From: Thermoanaerobaculia bacterium
GTDB lineage: Bacteria; Acidobacteriota; Thermoanaerobaculia; UBA5066; Gp7-AA6
Assembly: GCA_041481715.1 (NCBI GenBank)
Contig: JBGPCK010000001.1
Span: forward strand, 9,340 to 73,339
Reading direction: 5' to 3'
Length of the DNA stretch: 64,000 nt
Shown here: in pieces, positions 41,541-50,927 of the stretch
Numbering within the stretch: position 1 is the first letter of the stretch
How the letters are laid out: every line of letters begins with the position of its first letter
Position numbers and translations under genes: made by a program
The notes under the pieces: model-generated
The model's database searches: none
Told to the model about the DNA's origin: nothing
The model's input: only the letters and a program-made list of their open reading frames with translations

Positions 41541-42388
41541 GCGCCGCTCAAGAGCTCTCGGTCCCTCTAGCCCGGCCCCGCGCCGGGCTGCCCGGCAGCG
41601 GCGGGGTCGCTTTGGCCATCGTGGTTCTTCTGTGGCTCGTTGCCGCGATCTCTCCGCTCTGCGCGCGGCGCGCCGCCGAGATCCGGCTGGAGGAGCGCCT
41701 GGCCTCTCCTTCCGCGACTCACCCTTTTGGCACCGATGATCTCGGTCGGGACCTGCTCGCCCGAGTGGTGGTCGCCACACCGATCTCGCTCGCCATCGGC
41801 CTGACGGCGGCGGCGGTGTCTGTTCTCGTGGGGTTTGCCGTGGGGGCAAGCGCCGGCTACTTCGGCGGAGTGACGGATCTGGTGCTTTCGCGGCTCGTCG
41901 AAGTCGTGCTTTGCTTCCCGGTACTTTTCCTGCTGCTCGCGCTGGCGGCGTTCCTGCCGCCCTCTCCAACGGCGGTGATTCTCGCGATCGGCCTGACCAC
42001 GTGGCCCGGCGACGCGCGGTACGCTCGAGCGGAGGTCCTGAAGGTCAAGGATCTTGACTATGCGCGCGCCGCGCGCGCCGCCGGAGCCTCGGCTCCCCGT
42101 ATTCTGATTCGGCATCTGCTGCCCAACATCCTTCCGCCCCTGCTCGTTTCGGCGGCGTTCGGCGTGGCCTGGGCGATTCTGGCGGAAGCGGCGCTCTCGT
42201 TTCTGGGCGTGGGGCTGCCCGCCTCGACGACCTCCTGGGGCGGGATCCTTGCGGCGGCGCCGACCTACATCGAGGAGGCGTGGTGGATGGCGCTGTTCCC
42301 CGGCCTCGCCCTCTTCCTCACGGTCGCCGCCTATAATCTGCTCGCCGAGGGCTTGCGCTCGAGAACGGTCGGGCGGGGGAGGGGTTGA
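41537..42388 (+). CDS. ABC transporter permease (DppC/OppC-like)
   Basis: C-terminal part of shadow ORF 40355..42388. TTG at 41537 overlaps the upstream stop. EAA-like region (ARAAGASAPRILIRHLLPNILPPL). Confidence 0.8.
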   Translation: MSAAQELSVPLARPRAGLPGSGGVALAIVVLLWLVAAISPLCARRAAEIRLEERLASPSATHPFGTDDLGRDLLARVVVATPISLAIGLTAAAVSVLVGFAVGASAGYFGGVTDLVLSRLVEVVLCFPVLFLLLALAAFLPPSPTAVILAIGLTTWPGDARYARAEVLKVKDLDYARAARAAGASAPRILIRHLLPNILPPLLVSAAFGVAWAILAEAALSFLGVGLPASTTSWGGILAAAPTYIEEAWWMALFPGLALFLTVAAYNLLAEGLRSRTVGRGRG

Positions 42389-42867
42389 TGCCAAAACGTG
42401 TGGCGCTCTACCCGGGCTCCTTCGACCCGCTGACCAACGGTCACCTCGACATTCTCTCGCGTGCCCGGCGCCTGGCCGACAGCGTGGTCGTGGCGATTCT
42501 CGAGAACGACGCCAAGACGCCCCTCTTCTCGGTCCCGGAGCGAATCGCAATGATTCATGAGAACGTGGGAGCGGACCCCGCGGTCACCGTTCGCTCCTTC
42601 TCCGGCCTTCTGGTCGATTTCGCCAAGGCCTCGGGCGCCTCCTTGATCGTTCGGGGCCTGCGCGCGGTGTCGGACTACGAGTACGAGCTGCAGATGGCCC
42701 TGATGAACCGGCGCCTGTCCCCGGAGGTCGAAACGGTATTCCTGATGGCCAAGGAGGAGTACTCCTACGTCTCGAGCCGCCTGGTCAAGGAGGTGGCGCG
42801 GCTGGGCGGGGATCTTACCGGCCTGGTACCCGAGACCGTGCGGACGAGGCTGGTCGCCCTCTTCTGA
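42385..42867 (+). CDS. coaD: Phosphopantetheine adenylyltransferase
   Basis: 160 aa. YPGSFDPLTNGHLDI (T/HxGH) motif. Confidence 0.9.
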   Translation: MMPKRVALYPGSFDPLTNGHLDILSRARRLADSVVVAILENDAKTPLFSVPERIAMIHENVGADPAVTVRSFSGLLVDFAKASGASLIVRGLRAVSDYEYELQMALMNRRLSPEVETVFLMAKEEYSYVSSRLVKEVARLGGDLTGLVPETVRTRLVALF

Positions 42868-42895
42868 GGGCGTCCGTGGCCGTTCGCCCTTTCCT

Positions 42896-43300
42896 ATGCG
42901 AAGCGTCGAGATCGCTGTCCGCGTCCGTTACGCGGAAACCGACCAGATGGGAATCGTCTATCACTCCCACTATGCGGTGTGGTTCGAGATCGGGAGGACC
43001 GAGTTTTGTCGGGCGGGAGGGCTTCCATACCGCGAGCTCGAGCGCTCGGGGCTGCTCATCCCGGTGATCGGGTTGCAGTGCAAGTACCGGCGTCCAGCGC
43101 GCTACGACGACGATTTGCGAGTCCGAACGACACTTCCGGAGTTGTCGGCCCGCGGTCTCACTTTCGAATACGAGGTGCTCGACCGGGAGGAGCACGCAAT
43201 GGCCGACGGCTCCACGCGCCACATCTTCGCGGACATCCATGGCAAGCCGCGGCGCGCTCCGGAGAGCGTGCTCGCGACGCTCGAGAGATTTCGCGCGTGA
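42896..43300 (+). CDS. Acyl-CoA thioesterase, YbgC/4HBT hotdog family
   Basis: 134 aa. VRYAETDQMGIVYHSHY motif. Confidence 0.8.
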   Translation: MRSVEIAVRVRYAETDQMGIVYHSHYAVWFEIGRTEFCRAGGLPYRELERSGLLIPVIGLQCKYRRPARYDDDLRVRTTLPELSARGLTFEYEVLDREEHAMADGSTRHIFADIHGKPRRAPESVLATLERFRA

Positions 43301-43321
43301 GCGTTGGCGGGAATTGAGGAG

Positions 43322-44026
43322 CTACTTTCCCAGACTGTACCGCGCGATCGTCCAGAGAATCTTGTATCCCGCCTTGAGTGTGCCCGAGACCGTTCCGGTT
43401 ATTTTCGACACGCCGACGCGCCGCCGGTAGGACACCGGAACCTCCGCGACCGTGAGCCCGGCGCGCAGCGCCTTGACTTGCATTTCGGCCGTCCAGCCGA
43501 AGTTCGAGTCGCGCATGCCCAGGCGCCGGTACGCTTCCCACCGGATGGCCCGAAAGGGTCCAAGGTCCGTGTAGCGGTGGCCATAGAGGGCCTTCATCAG
43601 GAAGCAAGCCAGGGCGTTTCCCATCCGCGCCTGCGGCAGGAGGGCTCCCGGCTCCGCCCGACCCAGCCGCCGTGACCCAATGACGAGGTCGGCGCCGTCG
43701 GCGATCGCCTCGAGCAGAAGCGGCAGCTCATCGGGATGATCCGAGTAGTCCCCATCCAGAAAGACGACGACGTCGGGCGGCCGGGCCGCGAGCGCGGCGA
43801 TCCCGGCCAGGCACGCGCTGCCATATCCTTGCCGCGCCTCGCGCACGAGTCTGACCGGCAGCCCTCGGGCGATCTCGTCGGTGCCGTCGGTCGAGCCGTT
43901 GTCCACGACGATCACTTCCGACACCCTGTCGCGGGGCAGGTCGCCCACGACCAGGGGCAGCGAGTCGCGCTCGTTGAAGACCGGTATTATGACTGCCACG
44001 CGGGGCGGCGGATCACTCGATCTCAT
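43322..44026 (-). CDS. Glycosyltransferase family 2 (polyprenyl-phosphate sugar transferase, DPM1/ArnC-like)
   Basis: C-terminal 234 aa of ORF 43322..45037 starting MRSSDPPPRVAVIIPVFNE. DxD-type VVFLDGDYSD. The upstream remainder of that ORF is an alternate-frame overlap of the EamA gene. Confidence 0.8.
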   Translation of the reverse strand: MRSSDPPPRVAVIIPVFNERDSLPLVVGDLPRDRVSEVIVVDNGSTDGTDEIARGLPVRLVREARQGYGSACLAGIAALAARPPDVVVFLDGDYSDHPDELPLLLEAIADGADLVIGSRRLGRAEPGALLPQARMGNALACFLMKALYGHRYTDLGPFRAIRWEAYRRLGMRDSNFGWTAEMQVKALRAGLTVAEVPVSYRRRVGVSKITGTVSGTLKAGYKILWTIARYSLGK

Positions 44027-44937
44027 GGAAGCGGGCGCGCCGGAAGGCGCCCGGGGGAGAGCGACACCCCGAGGCCGGAGAGAATGAGAAGGGCCGCCCC
44101 CGCGCTCCGAAGCGTGAGCCGCTCCCCCAGCACGACGATCGCCAAGGTCGAGGCCATCAGGGGCTGCACGAAGATGTAGAAGGCGACGCGGGAGGCGTGG
44201 GTGCGCGCGAGGGCCCACGAGTTCCAGAAGTAAGGCAGCACCGTGCAGAAGACGATCACCGCCGCGAGGCTCGTCCATCCGACAGGGGAGACGTGCGCCC
44301 CGGAAAAGCGGGTGATGCTCGGGAGCGCCGCCAGGACGATCGGAAGGGTCCCATAGGTGAATATGCCGGATACGACCGTCAGGACGCGATAGCGCGCCAG
44401 GATGGGACGAGAGAGGACCAGGTAGAAGGCATAGGAGATTCCGTTGGCGATCAGCAACAGGTTGCCTCGGAGATAATCGTTGTGCCAGTCGAAGTTCTCC
44501 ACCCGGACCAGCAGGAAGGCTCCGGCGCCGGCGAGTAGCACGGCCGCGCCGGCGCGGGCCGTCATGCGCTCGCGTCCGAGCAGCGCCGCGGCGATCAACG
44601 TGTAGACGGGAATCATCGCCGTCAGAATCGTGGTGTTGATGGCGGTCGTCAGCGACAGCCCCAGGATGAAGAGCACCTGGTTGAAGGACACGCCGAGCAG
44701 GGCAAAGAGAAGAATGCCCCGGCGGTCCTCCCGGGCGATCGACTCGCTGGACGAGAGGCGGCGGAAGAGCGCCAGCAGGAGGGAGGCCGCAACCACCCGG
44801 AAGGCCGCCAGGGCCATCGCCGGGATGGTCTCCAGCGCAAGCTTGCCGAAAATGGGAAAGAAGGCGAAGCCCGTCTGCGCTCCGAGCAGTGCCAGGTGAA
44901 CCCGCCAGCCGTCGCCCTCGCGGGCCGGGAGGCTCAC
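44023..44937 (-). CDS. EamA/DMT-family transporter
   Basis: 304 aa, 10 predicted TM helices. Stop overlaps GT2 start. Confidence 0.8.
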   Translation of the reverse strand: MSLPAREGDGWRVHLALLGAQTGFAFFPIFGKLALETIPAMALAAFRVVAASLLLALFRRLSSSESIAREDRRGILLFALLGVSFNQVLFILGLSLTTAINTTILTAMIPVYTLIAAALLGRERMTARAGAAVLLAGAGAFLLVRVENFDWHNDYLRGNLLLIANGISYAFYLVLSRPILARYRVLTVVSGIFTYGTLPIVLAALPSITRFSGAHVSPVGWTSLAAVIVFCTVLPYFWNSWALARTHASRVAFYIFVQPLMASTLAIVVLGERLTLRSAGAALLILSGLGVSLSPGRLPARPLP

Positions 44938-45872
44938 GCGAAGGGAAGAGCCGATACGATGGCCGCGCGGTTCGAGTCGGTCTGCCAGAGGAGCCGTGTC
45001 CCCAGAGGAACGTCATGGAAGGCGAAGCCCAGTCCAATCGGGCCGAAGCGCGGTGAGACGACGGAGCTGGTCACGCGGCCCGCCTCGGTTCGATTGGACG
45101 CCTCCGGCGCTTCCCCGCGGCGAAGGACCGCGCCCGGTGGCAGCGGCCCGTCCGCGAATCGGTATCCGACCAGCCGCCGGTTCAAGCGCCCGTAGGTGCG
45201 GCGTCGGGCCACGATCTCCTGACCGACGTAGCACCCCTTCACCGTCGAGATCGCCGCCTCGAGGCCCGCCTCGTCGGGCAGGTTGCTTTCGTCGATATCC
45301 TGGCCGAATCGCGCCCGACCCGCTTCGACACGCAGGACCTCCGCGGTGACCGGATCGATCTGGACCGAGGCCTTCCGTTCGAGCAGAATCTCGATGGCAT
45401 CCCATCGGCCGGCCAAGACCAGCCACTCCATCGCGAACTCGTCCGATGCCGGCAACGGCAATCCCTCCGACGCGAGGTCTGTGAAGCGCGCCGCCTCGGG
45501 CCCGTACAGTCCGATCCGGATCAGCTCGTCGGAGCGGTCGGAGATCGTTACCTTCTGGAAGGCGGCGAACTTGCGGAGGTGCCCGAGGGCGGCCAGGCGC
45601 GAGGTGGCCGGCAGCAGCAGGCGGACGCGGTCGGGCATTCCCACCAGCCGGGCCACGAAGAGGAGTTTGCCCTTGGACGTGAGAGCCGCCGCGGGACGGG
45701 ATTCTCCCGAGGCAAGTCCGCGTAGGTCCTGTGTCAGCTGCCCCTGCAGGAAGCTCTCGCGGTCGAAACCTTCGATGTCCAGGACGGCCGAATTCCGTAC
45801 CCGGTGCGCCAATCCCTCTCGGGCCGCCCGGTATGCCGCAGAGACAGCCGTCGGTTCCACGGTGGTCCTCAC
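44934..45872 (-). CDS. YgfZ/GcvT-like folate-binding protein
   Basis: 312 aa. Aminomethyltransferase-fold regions (KVTISD..RIGLYGP; C-terminal KGCYVGQEIVARRRTYGRLNRRLVG). Confidence 0.75.
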   Translation of the reverse strand: MRTTVEPTAVSAAYRAAREGLAHRVRNSAVLDIEGFDRESFLQGQLTQDLRGLASGESRPAAALTSKGKLLFVARLVGMPDRVRLLLPATSRLAALGHLRKFAAFQKVTISDRSDELIRIGLYGPEAARFTDLASEGLPLPASDEFAMEWLVLAGRWDAIEILLERKASVQIDPVTAEVLRVEAGRARFGQDIDESNLPDEAGLEAAISTVKGCYVGQEIVARRRTYGRLNRRLVGYRFADGPLPPGAVLRRGEAPEASNRTEAGRVTSSVVSPRFGPIGLGFAFHDVPLGTRLLWQTDSNRAAIVSALPFA

Positions 45873-45932
45873 GCGGGTATTCTATGGGCCGTGGACTGCC
45901 CGACGCCGGCTCGGCCGACTATCGGCGAATCC

Positions 45933-46385
45933 TCACTTCGGCCCGATCTCGGCCCGGAGGTGCACCTTCGGCGCGTCGGCGATATCGATCGTCCGCATCC
46001 GCGTCGACACGCGGATGTCGTCGTCGAGCTTGTCGGCGTCCACGGTGTCGCTACGGTCGCTCGCCTTGAGCGTATTGCCGCTCTTGTCGAGCACCTCGAC
46101 CCAGAGCCGAATCTTGCACTTCACGTCGCCGCGGTTCTCGACGTTGAACTCCCACCAGAGCCAGGAGTGATCGCTGGGGTTTTCACGGCGCGCCTTCTCG
46201 ATGTCGTCGCGGTCGGGGTAGTTTCGCAGTTCGACGCTCAAGACCGAACAGCGGCCAGAGGTCCAGCCGAGTCGGGCCACGCCCGTGCGGGGAACCGGGA
46301 TCGTCTTCTCGAAGCTCTGCTGCGCAGCCGCGCCCACGCTCAAGGAGGCGCCCAGAAGAGCCAGGGTCAGGGTTCGGTTCTTCAT
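45933..46385 (-). CDS. Small secreted hypothetical protein
   Basis: Internal ATG gives MKNRTLTLALLGASLSVGAAAQQ signal peptide, ~150 aa. Remainder of ORF 45933..46616 upstream is probably untranslated. Confidence 0.5.
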   Translation of the reverse strand: MKNRTLTLALLGASLSVGAAAQQSFEKTIPVPRTGVARLGWTSGRCSVLSVELRNYPDRDDIEKARRENPSDHSWLWWEFNVENRGDVKCKIRLWVEVLDKSGNTLKASDRSDTVDADKLDDDIRVSTRMRTIDIADAPKVHLRAEIGPK

Positions 46386-46466
46386 GTTTGTACACTCCTC
46401 CGGGCGTATTATGATGGTGTGGACGAGCCGGAAGACCGCCCCGAACTGCATGTCATCGATATCTTC

Positions 46467-46691
46467 ATGATGTCGGTCAAATGCGGTAACTGCGATACTT
46501 ACCAGACTGTTGTCCGTTTCGCGAAGCAGGCGGAACGGAACGTCTATACGTACGAATGTGAGAATGAAACCTGCGATCCCAATGTGACGCGTACTCTGAT
46601 CGAAGTGCCGCGGCACCTCGACAATTCGACCCGCCGGGCCGAGGAATTACCGTACTTCGCGAAGGACGAGCCCGAGGAGGGCTCCGCTTGA
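46467..46691 (+). CDS. Small zinc-ribbon-like protein (CGNC..CENETC), hypothetical
   Basis: 74-aa C-terminal portion of shadow ORF 45804..46691 starting MMSVKCGNC. Locally AT-richer sequence with real-gene-like codon pattern. Two Cys pairs. Confidence 0.4.
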   Translation: MMSVKCGNCDTYQTVVRFAKQAERNVYTYECENETCDPNVTRTLIEVPRHLDNSTRRAEELPYFAKDEPEEGSA

Positions 46692-46793
46692 GCGTTGCGA
46701 TACGGAGTCGGCCCGGCTTTGAAAACTGCCTTCCGAGGCCCTGTGGCCATTGACGCGAGTTGCTCCACCTCTTCCAAACTCAGTCTCGCTGAA

Positions 46794-47258
46794 ATGCCTC
46801 CCGCGCCCGCTCTCGCCGAGGACCTGCTGGATCGGCTGCGGAAACGCCTGGCGGCTTCGCCGGCCCTGGCGCACTTGCACCCCACGCTCGAGGAGCTCGC
46901 AAGGGACTCCTGCGTCATCCGGCTTCCGTACCGGCTCGAGCTGACCAACGGCTCGGGCACGGTGCACGGAGGCGTTCTCGCGACGTTGGCGGACACGGCT
47001 GTGGCCTTCGCGCTCTCGACCAACTTCGACGGAAAGATGGGGTTCGCCACGGCGAACCTGACGATTCACTTCCTGGCCCGCGCGTGCTCGGATGTCCGAG
47101 CGCGGGCGCGGGTATTGAAGAAAGGCAGACGGATCAACGTAGGCGAGGTCGATATCACGGACGCCGGCGGACGGGCGGTCGCCCGGGCCCTCGCGACGTT
47201 CGTTCTGACGACCTCCGCGTTTGACTACGCGCCGGAAGGAAAAGAAAAGAATGATTGA
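46794..47258 (+). CDS. PaaI-family thioesterase (hotdog fold)
   Basis: Motif GTVHGGVLATLADTAVAFAL typical of PaaI/4HBT class II. Start uncertain (46695 or internal ATG 46794). Confidence 0.75.
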   Translation: MPPAPALAEDLLDRLRKRLAASPALAHLHPTLEELARDSCVIRLPYRLELTNGSGTVHGGVLATLADTAVAFALSTNFDGKMGFATANLTIHFLARACSDVRARARVLKKGRRINVGEVDITDAGGRAVARALATFVLTTSAFDYAPEGKEKND

Positions 47259-48201
47259 CGACACGATCCCCTTTCCCGCGGCGGAGAACGGTGAGGCCGA
47301 AAAGAAGGGGCGCCGGCGTCGCGGCGGAAGCCGCCGGCATAAGAGCCGACCGGCTCCCGTTGAGGAGGCGCGTCCGGCTCACGAGCATCTGACGCCCGCG
47401 GCAGCCGTCGTCGGCCCGGCGACGGCGCCCGTCAACGTCAACCCCGCGCCTCCGGCGCGGACCTCCGTTGACCAGCGGCTCTCTCTGTTCATCGATTTCG
47501 AGAACATCGCGCTCGGCGTCCGCGATGCGCAATACAAGAAGTTCGACATCAACCTCGTTCTGCAGCGCCTTTTCGAAAAGGGCCGGATCGTCTACAAGAA
47601 GGCCTACGCGGACTGGACTCGCTACTCGGAATACAAGCGGGAGTTTCACGAGGCCGCCATCGAACTGGTCGACATCCCGCAGCGCAACTACACGGGGAAG
47701 AACTCGGCGGACATCCGCATGGTCGTGGACGCGATGGATCTGGCGGCCTCCAAGTCGCACATCACGACCTTCGTGGTCTGCTCCGGCGACTCCGACTTTT
47801 CGCCGCTGGTTTCGAAACTCAAGGAGAACGACAAGGCGGTCATCGGCGTGGGGGTCAAGAACTCGACCTCGGATCTGCTGTTGTCAAACTGCGACGAGTT
47901 CATCTTCTACGAGGACCTCGTCCGGGAGACGCGTTCGCTGCCCTCGATCGAAAACTTCCCGGAGAAGAAACGCGAACTCTTCCGGCTGATGCTCGATTCG
48001 ATCCAGGCGCTGCAGCGCGAGAACTATGACGTGATCTGGGGCTCGATGGTCAAGCAGACGATGCAGCGCAAGCAGCCCTACTTCAACGAGTCCTACTACG
48101 GGTACCGCTCCTTCTCGGAGCTACTCGAGGACGCCGAGCGCCAGAAGCTGATTTCCATGAAGAAGGACGTGAAGAGCGGCGGCTACATCATCTCGATCTG
48201 A
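47251..48201 (+). CDS. NYN-domain (LabA-like PIN nuclease fold) protein with C-terminal OST-HTH/LOTUS-like domain
   Basis: ATG with AAGGAAAAG RBS, overlapping thioesterase stop. NYN core LSLFIDFENIA, FVVCSGDSDFSPLVSKLKENDKAVIGVG. C-terminal region resembles OST-HTH. Lower GC than flanks. Confidence 0.8.
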   Translation: MIDDTIPFPAAENGEAEKKGRRRRGGSRRHKSRPAPVEEARPAHEHLTPAAAVVGPATAPVNVNPAPPARTSVDQRLSLFIDFENIALGVRDAQYKKFDINLVLQRLFEKGRIVYKKAYADWTRYSEYKREFHEAAIELVDIPQRNYTGKNSADIRMVVDAMDLAASKSHITTFVVCSGDSDFSPLVSKLKENDKAVIGVGVKNSTSDLLLSNCDEFIFYEDLVRETRSLPSIENFPEKKRELFRLMLDSIQALQRENYDVIWGSMVKQTMQRKQPYFNESYYGYRSFSELLEDAERQKLISMKKDVKSGGYIISI

Positions 48202-48225
48202 GCAACGGACGTCCGCAGCGCGGGC

Positions 48226-49119
48226 TCAGCGGGTCAGGGTGACTGCGTCGGGTGCGCCGCCCTCGGGCCCGGAGATCGTCACCGGGAGCTGGAGCGTCAG
48301 GAAGTTGGCGGCTCCGCTGAGGTCCCAGACGAGATTCTGGAAGCCGCGCAGGGACGCGCCGGGGCCCGGCCGGATGACGCGGGAAAGTACGTCTTCGCCC
48401 CGCTTCGGGGCATAGGGCGGGGAAAAGAAGGCGTACGAGACAAAGCCCGACTCGTTGATCCCGGCCTGAATGAGATAGTCGGTCTCGAGCGATTCGACGA
48501 GGAGGTAGTGCGCGGGCGCGCCGCCGTGGCCGGCTCCCTCGAGCGCCCGCCACAGCCGTGTCCGCTCGGGCACCCAGCCGGGAAGCGAAAGGAAATCGAT
48601 CGAGAGGGCCGCGCCCGCCGGCTCTCCGGCCAGAGCCGCCGTGGCCTCCGTCAGGCGGCGTCCGCCGTCGGGCGTGATCCGATAGCCGGCTCCGGCTCCA
48701 CCGCGGCCTGGGTCCGTGAAGATGAGGCTTGCGGCGAGAATCCCGCCGTCGCGGCCGCTCTCGACGGAGACCTCCTTGAGGACGGGGCGGGGAGGATTCG
48801 TGCCGAGGATCTTGGAGACCTGGCCATGCCACCGGCCGGAGAGGTCGAGCGCGCCGGGAGTGGGAGCGGCAGCGGCCGGCGGGCCGGCCGATTCCGTGCT
48901 CCGGGAGGTCCGGCTAAGCCACAGGAGAGCGGCAAGGACAACCACCCCGGCCGCGGCCGCCAGCCACCGCGCACCGCGCGTCGCGGGGGGTTTCGTCGTC
49001 GGCACGGCGGGCGCCCCTTCCGCCGAGGGGGCAATGCCCGTGAGCGTTTCTCCGCAGCGCCGGCAGCGCTCGGCCGGGAACTGGCGGAAGCGGCAGCGCG
49101 GACAGACGATGGATGCCAT
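48226..49119 (-). CDS. Hypothetical membrane protein with N-terminal zinc ribbon (CPRC..CRRC) and extracytoplasmic domain
   Basis: 297 aa. Double CxxC at N-terminus, one TM helix (WLAAAAGVVVLAALLWL), then a globular domain. Confidence 0.5.
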   Translation of the reverse strand: MASIVCPRCRFRQFPAERCRRCGETLTGIAPSAEGAPAVPTTKPPATRGARWLAAAAGVVVLAALLWLSRTSRSTESAGPPAAAAPTPGALDLSGRWHGQVSKILGTNPPRPVLKEVSVESGRDGGILAASLIFTDPGRGGAGAGYRITPDGGRRLTEATAALAGEPAGAALSIDFLSLPGWVPERTRLWRALEGAGHGGAPAHYLLVESLETDYLIQAGINESGFVSYAFFSPPYAPKRGEDVLSRVIRPGPGASLRGFQNLVWDLSGAANFLTLQLPVTISGPEGGAPDAVTLTR

Positions 49120-49142
49120 GAAGAGAGTCTAGCGAGTCGTTT

Positions 49143-50198
49143 CTAGATCTCGCGGAAGAAAAAGCGGTCGAGCACGGACAGCCTCTGCCGGTCGAAGTCG
49201 GGCTCCATCAGCCACAGGGCCGCGACGATCGAGGAGGCGAGCGAGTTGCCGTCTTGCGGCGTGAAGCAAAAGCCCACGACCTCCCGGTCTCCGCTCAGGG
49301 TCACGGTGGGGGCCGCCACGACGGCCTGCGACAGAATGCGCCCGTAATACCCGTGGTCGCGCCCGAAGGAGAAGATCTGATTGGCGGATCGCTTTTCGGT
49401 GAAGGCGATCCGCCGGTTGGCGCGCAGCTTGTCGAGGGCCTTCTCGCGCGTGGTCGGGCGGTTGAACTCGAGATCGAACCAGAGCGAGTGCATGTACTGG
49501 GTGTTCAGCTTCATCGCCGAGGAGAAGAGCCTGGGCTTCCAGCCGATCGTCTCGAGCAGGCGCGAGGCGTCCCGGGCGTGGTGCGTTCCGTAAACCGGGT
49601 CGTCGTGCTTGCCGGCGGATGGAGCCGGAGCGAAGCTCGAATCTTGCGAGACGTCGTTGGAGCGGCGCATGCAAACGAAGCGGCCGCGCTCGAGTGCCGA
49701 GCCGCCCGCGCCGTTCTCCCCGAGTGTCTTGACGAGGGCGGCGATGTTGTGGGTATTGCAGGACACGATCTGGAGGAAGCGATCCTTCCCCTCCTCGAGC
49801 GCCTCATCGTTGATGCCCACCGCGTATGGCTTGCCGAAGCCAAACTCGCTGCCCTGCGCAAGGAATCCCCTGGGACCGGCGAGCTTCTCGTAGACCTTCT
49901 TGTTCTCGTTGCCGGCGGGCGTGCAGTCGATGACGACCGTCGCCCGCTCGAGGGCCTCCTGCGCCTCATAGGAGACCTCGTGGCCGAGCGCCTCGAAGTC
50001 GGTCTTCTTGTCCGGGTCGGCGGCGAGCTTGGCGCCGCGCTGGAGCAGGTGGTTGACCTTGGCGCGCTCGGTCGTCATCGGGGTGCGCTTGTGGAAGGTG
50101 ACCTCGTCGACGCCGAGGTGCTTGTTGAAGTCGGTGAAGAGACCGATCAGGGGCTCTCCGATCGTGCCGGTGCCGACGATGTGGACGACCTTCTTCAT
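49143..50198 (-). CDS. Type II (archaeal-type) glyceraldehyde-3-phosphate dehydrogenase family protein
   Basis: C-terminal 351 aa of ORF 49143..50843, start ATG with AGGAGA RBS. Rossmann VHIVGTGTIGE, block VIDCTPAGNENKKVYEKL, catalytic-Cys block QIVSCNTHNIAALVKTL matching archaeal GAPDH VSCNTTGL. Confidence 0.65.
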   Translation of the reverse strand: MKKVVHIVGTGTIGEPLIGLFTDFNKHLGVDEVTFHKRTPMTTERAKVNHLLQRGAKLAADPDKKTDFEALGHEVSYEAQEALERATVVIDCTPAGNENKKVYEKLAGPRGFLAQGSEFGFGKPYAVGINDEALEEGKDRFLQIVSCNTHNIAALVKTLGENGAGGSALERGRFVCMRRSNDVSQDSSFAPAPSAGKHDDPVYGTHHARDASRLLETIGWKPRLFSSAMKLNTQYMHSLWFDLEFNRPTTREKALDKLRANRRIAFTEKRSANQIFSFGRDHGYYGRILSQAVVAAPTVTLSGDREVVGFCFTPQDGNSLASSIVAALWLMEPDFDRQRLSVLDRFFFREI

Positions 50199-50252
50199 GG
50201 TTTCTCCTGTGAGCCGCCGGAACTCCCAACGCAAGGGCGCCAGAAGGATACG

Positions 50253-50927
50253 ATGAGAGCTCGATTTATCCAACGCGCGGGAGGGCCAGGCGTGGAAGGG
50301 CAGCTGCGGGCGTTCACGTTTCCGGGTCCGGAAGGCCCGATCGAGGGTCTCTGGAAGCAGGCGTCGGGTCACCTCGCGGGCTCGGCGGTCTTCGCGCATC
50401 CGCACCCGCTGCACGGGGGCACGCTCCACAACAAAGTCGTGTACCGCGCCGCGCGCGCGCTCTCGCGCGCCGGGTACGGGACCCTTCGCTTCAACTTTCG
50501 GGGCGTCGGACTCTCGGCCGGACGCTTCGACGATGGGCGCGGCGAGGCCGGCGACTTCCGGGCGGCCCTGTCGGAGGCCGAGCGCCGCGGCGGCCTGCCT
50601 CAGATCGCAGGCGGCTTCTCTTTCGGGTCGGCCGTGGCTCTGCGAGCGATCGCCGGCGACACGCGGGTGGCCGCCTACGTCGGAGTGGGCCTTCCGCTCG
50701 CGACCAAATCCGATCTCCCGCCGCGTCCAGAGGTCCCGGCTCTCTTCATCGTGGGGGAGCACGATGCCTTCGGGCCTCCCGGAGAGCTGCGCCGGTTCGC
50801 CATCGGTGCGGGGCGAGTCGTCGAGATTGCCGGAGCGGACCACTTCTTCGAGGGCAAGCTGCCGCTGGTCGAGGAAGCGATCACGCGATTCCTGGCCGAT
50901 CTTCCGGCCGCGGTGCCTGCGCCATGA
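50253..50927 (+). CDS. Alpha/beta hydrolase (GSAVFAHPHPLHGG prolyl-oligopeptidase-like/esterase fold)
   Basis: C-terminal 224 aa of shadow ORF 49254..50927. Nucleophile elbow GFSFGSAVA. C-terminal DHFF. Confidence 0.65.
   Translation: MRARFIQRAGGPGVEGQLRAFTFPGPEGPIEGLWKQASGHLAGSAVFAHPHPLHGGTLHNKVVYRAARALSRAGYGTLRFNFRGVGLSAGRFDDGRGEAGDFRAALSEAERRGGLPQIAGGFSFGSAVALRAIAGDTRVAAYVGVGLPLATKSDLPPRPEVPALFIVGEHDAFGPPGELRRFAIGAGRVVEIAGADHFFEGKLPLVEEAITRFLADLPAAVPAP

Noticed and set aside
44027-45037. Upstream 337 aa of minus ORF 43322..45037
   Set aside because: Same frame as the GT2 but overlaps the EamA transporter and ygfZ genes. Pro/Gly/Arg-rich. The GT2 begins at the internal MRSSDPPPRVAVIIP start.
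49254-50252. Upstream 333 aa of plus ORF 49254..50927
   Set aside because: Antisense to the type II GAPDH-like gene. Only the C-terminal alpha/beta hydrolase part (from ATG 50253) is coding.
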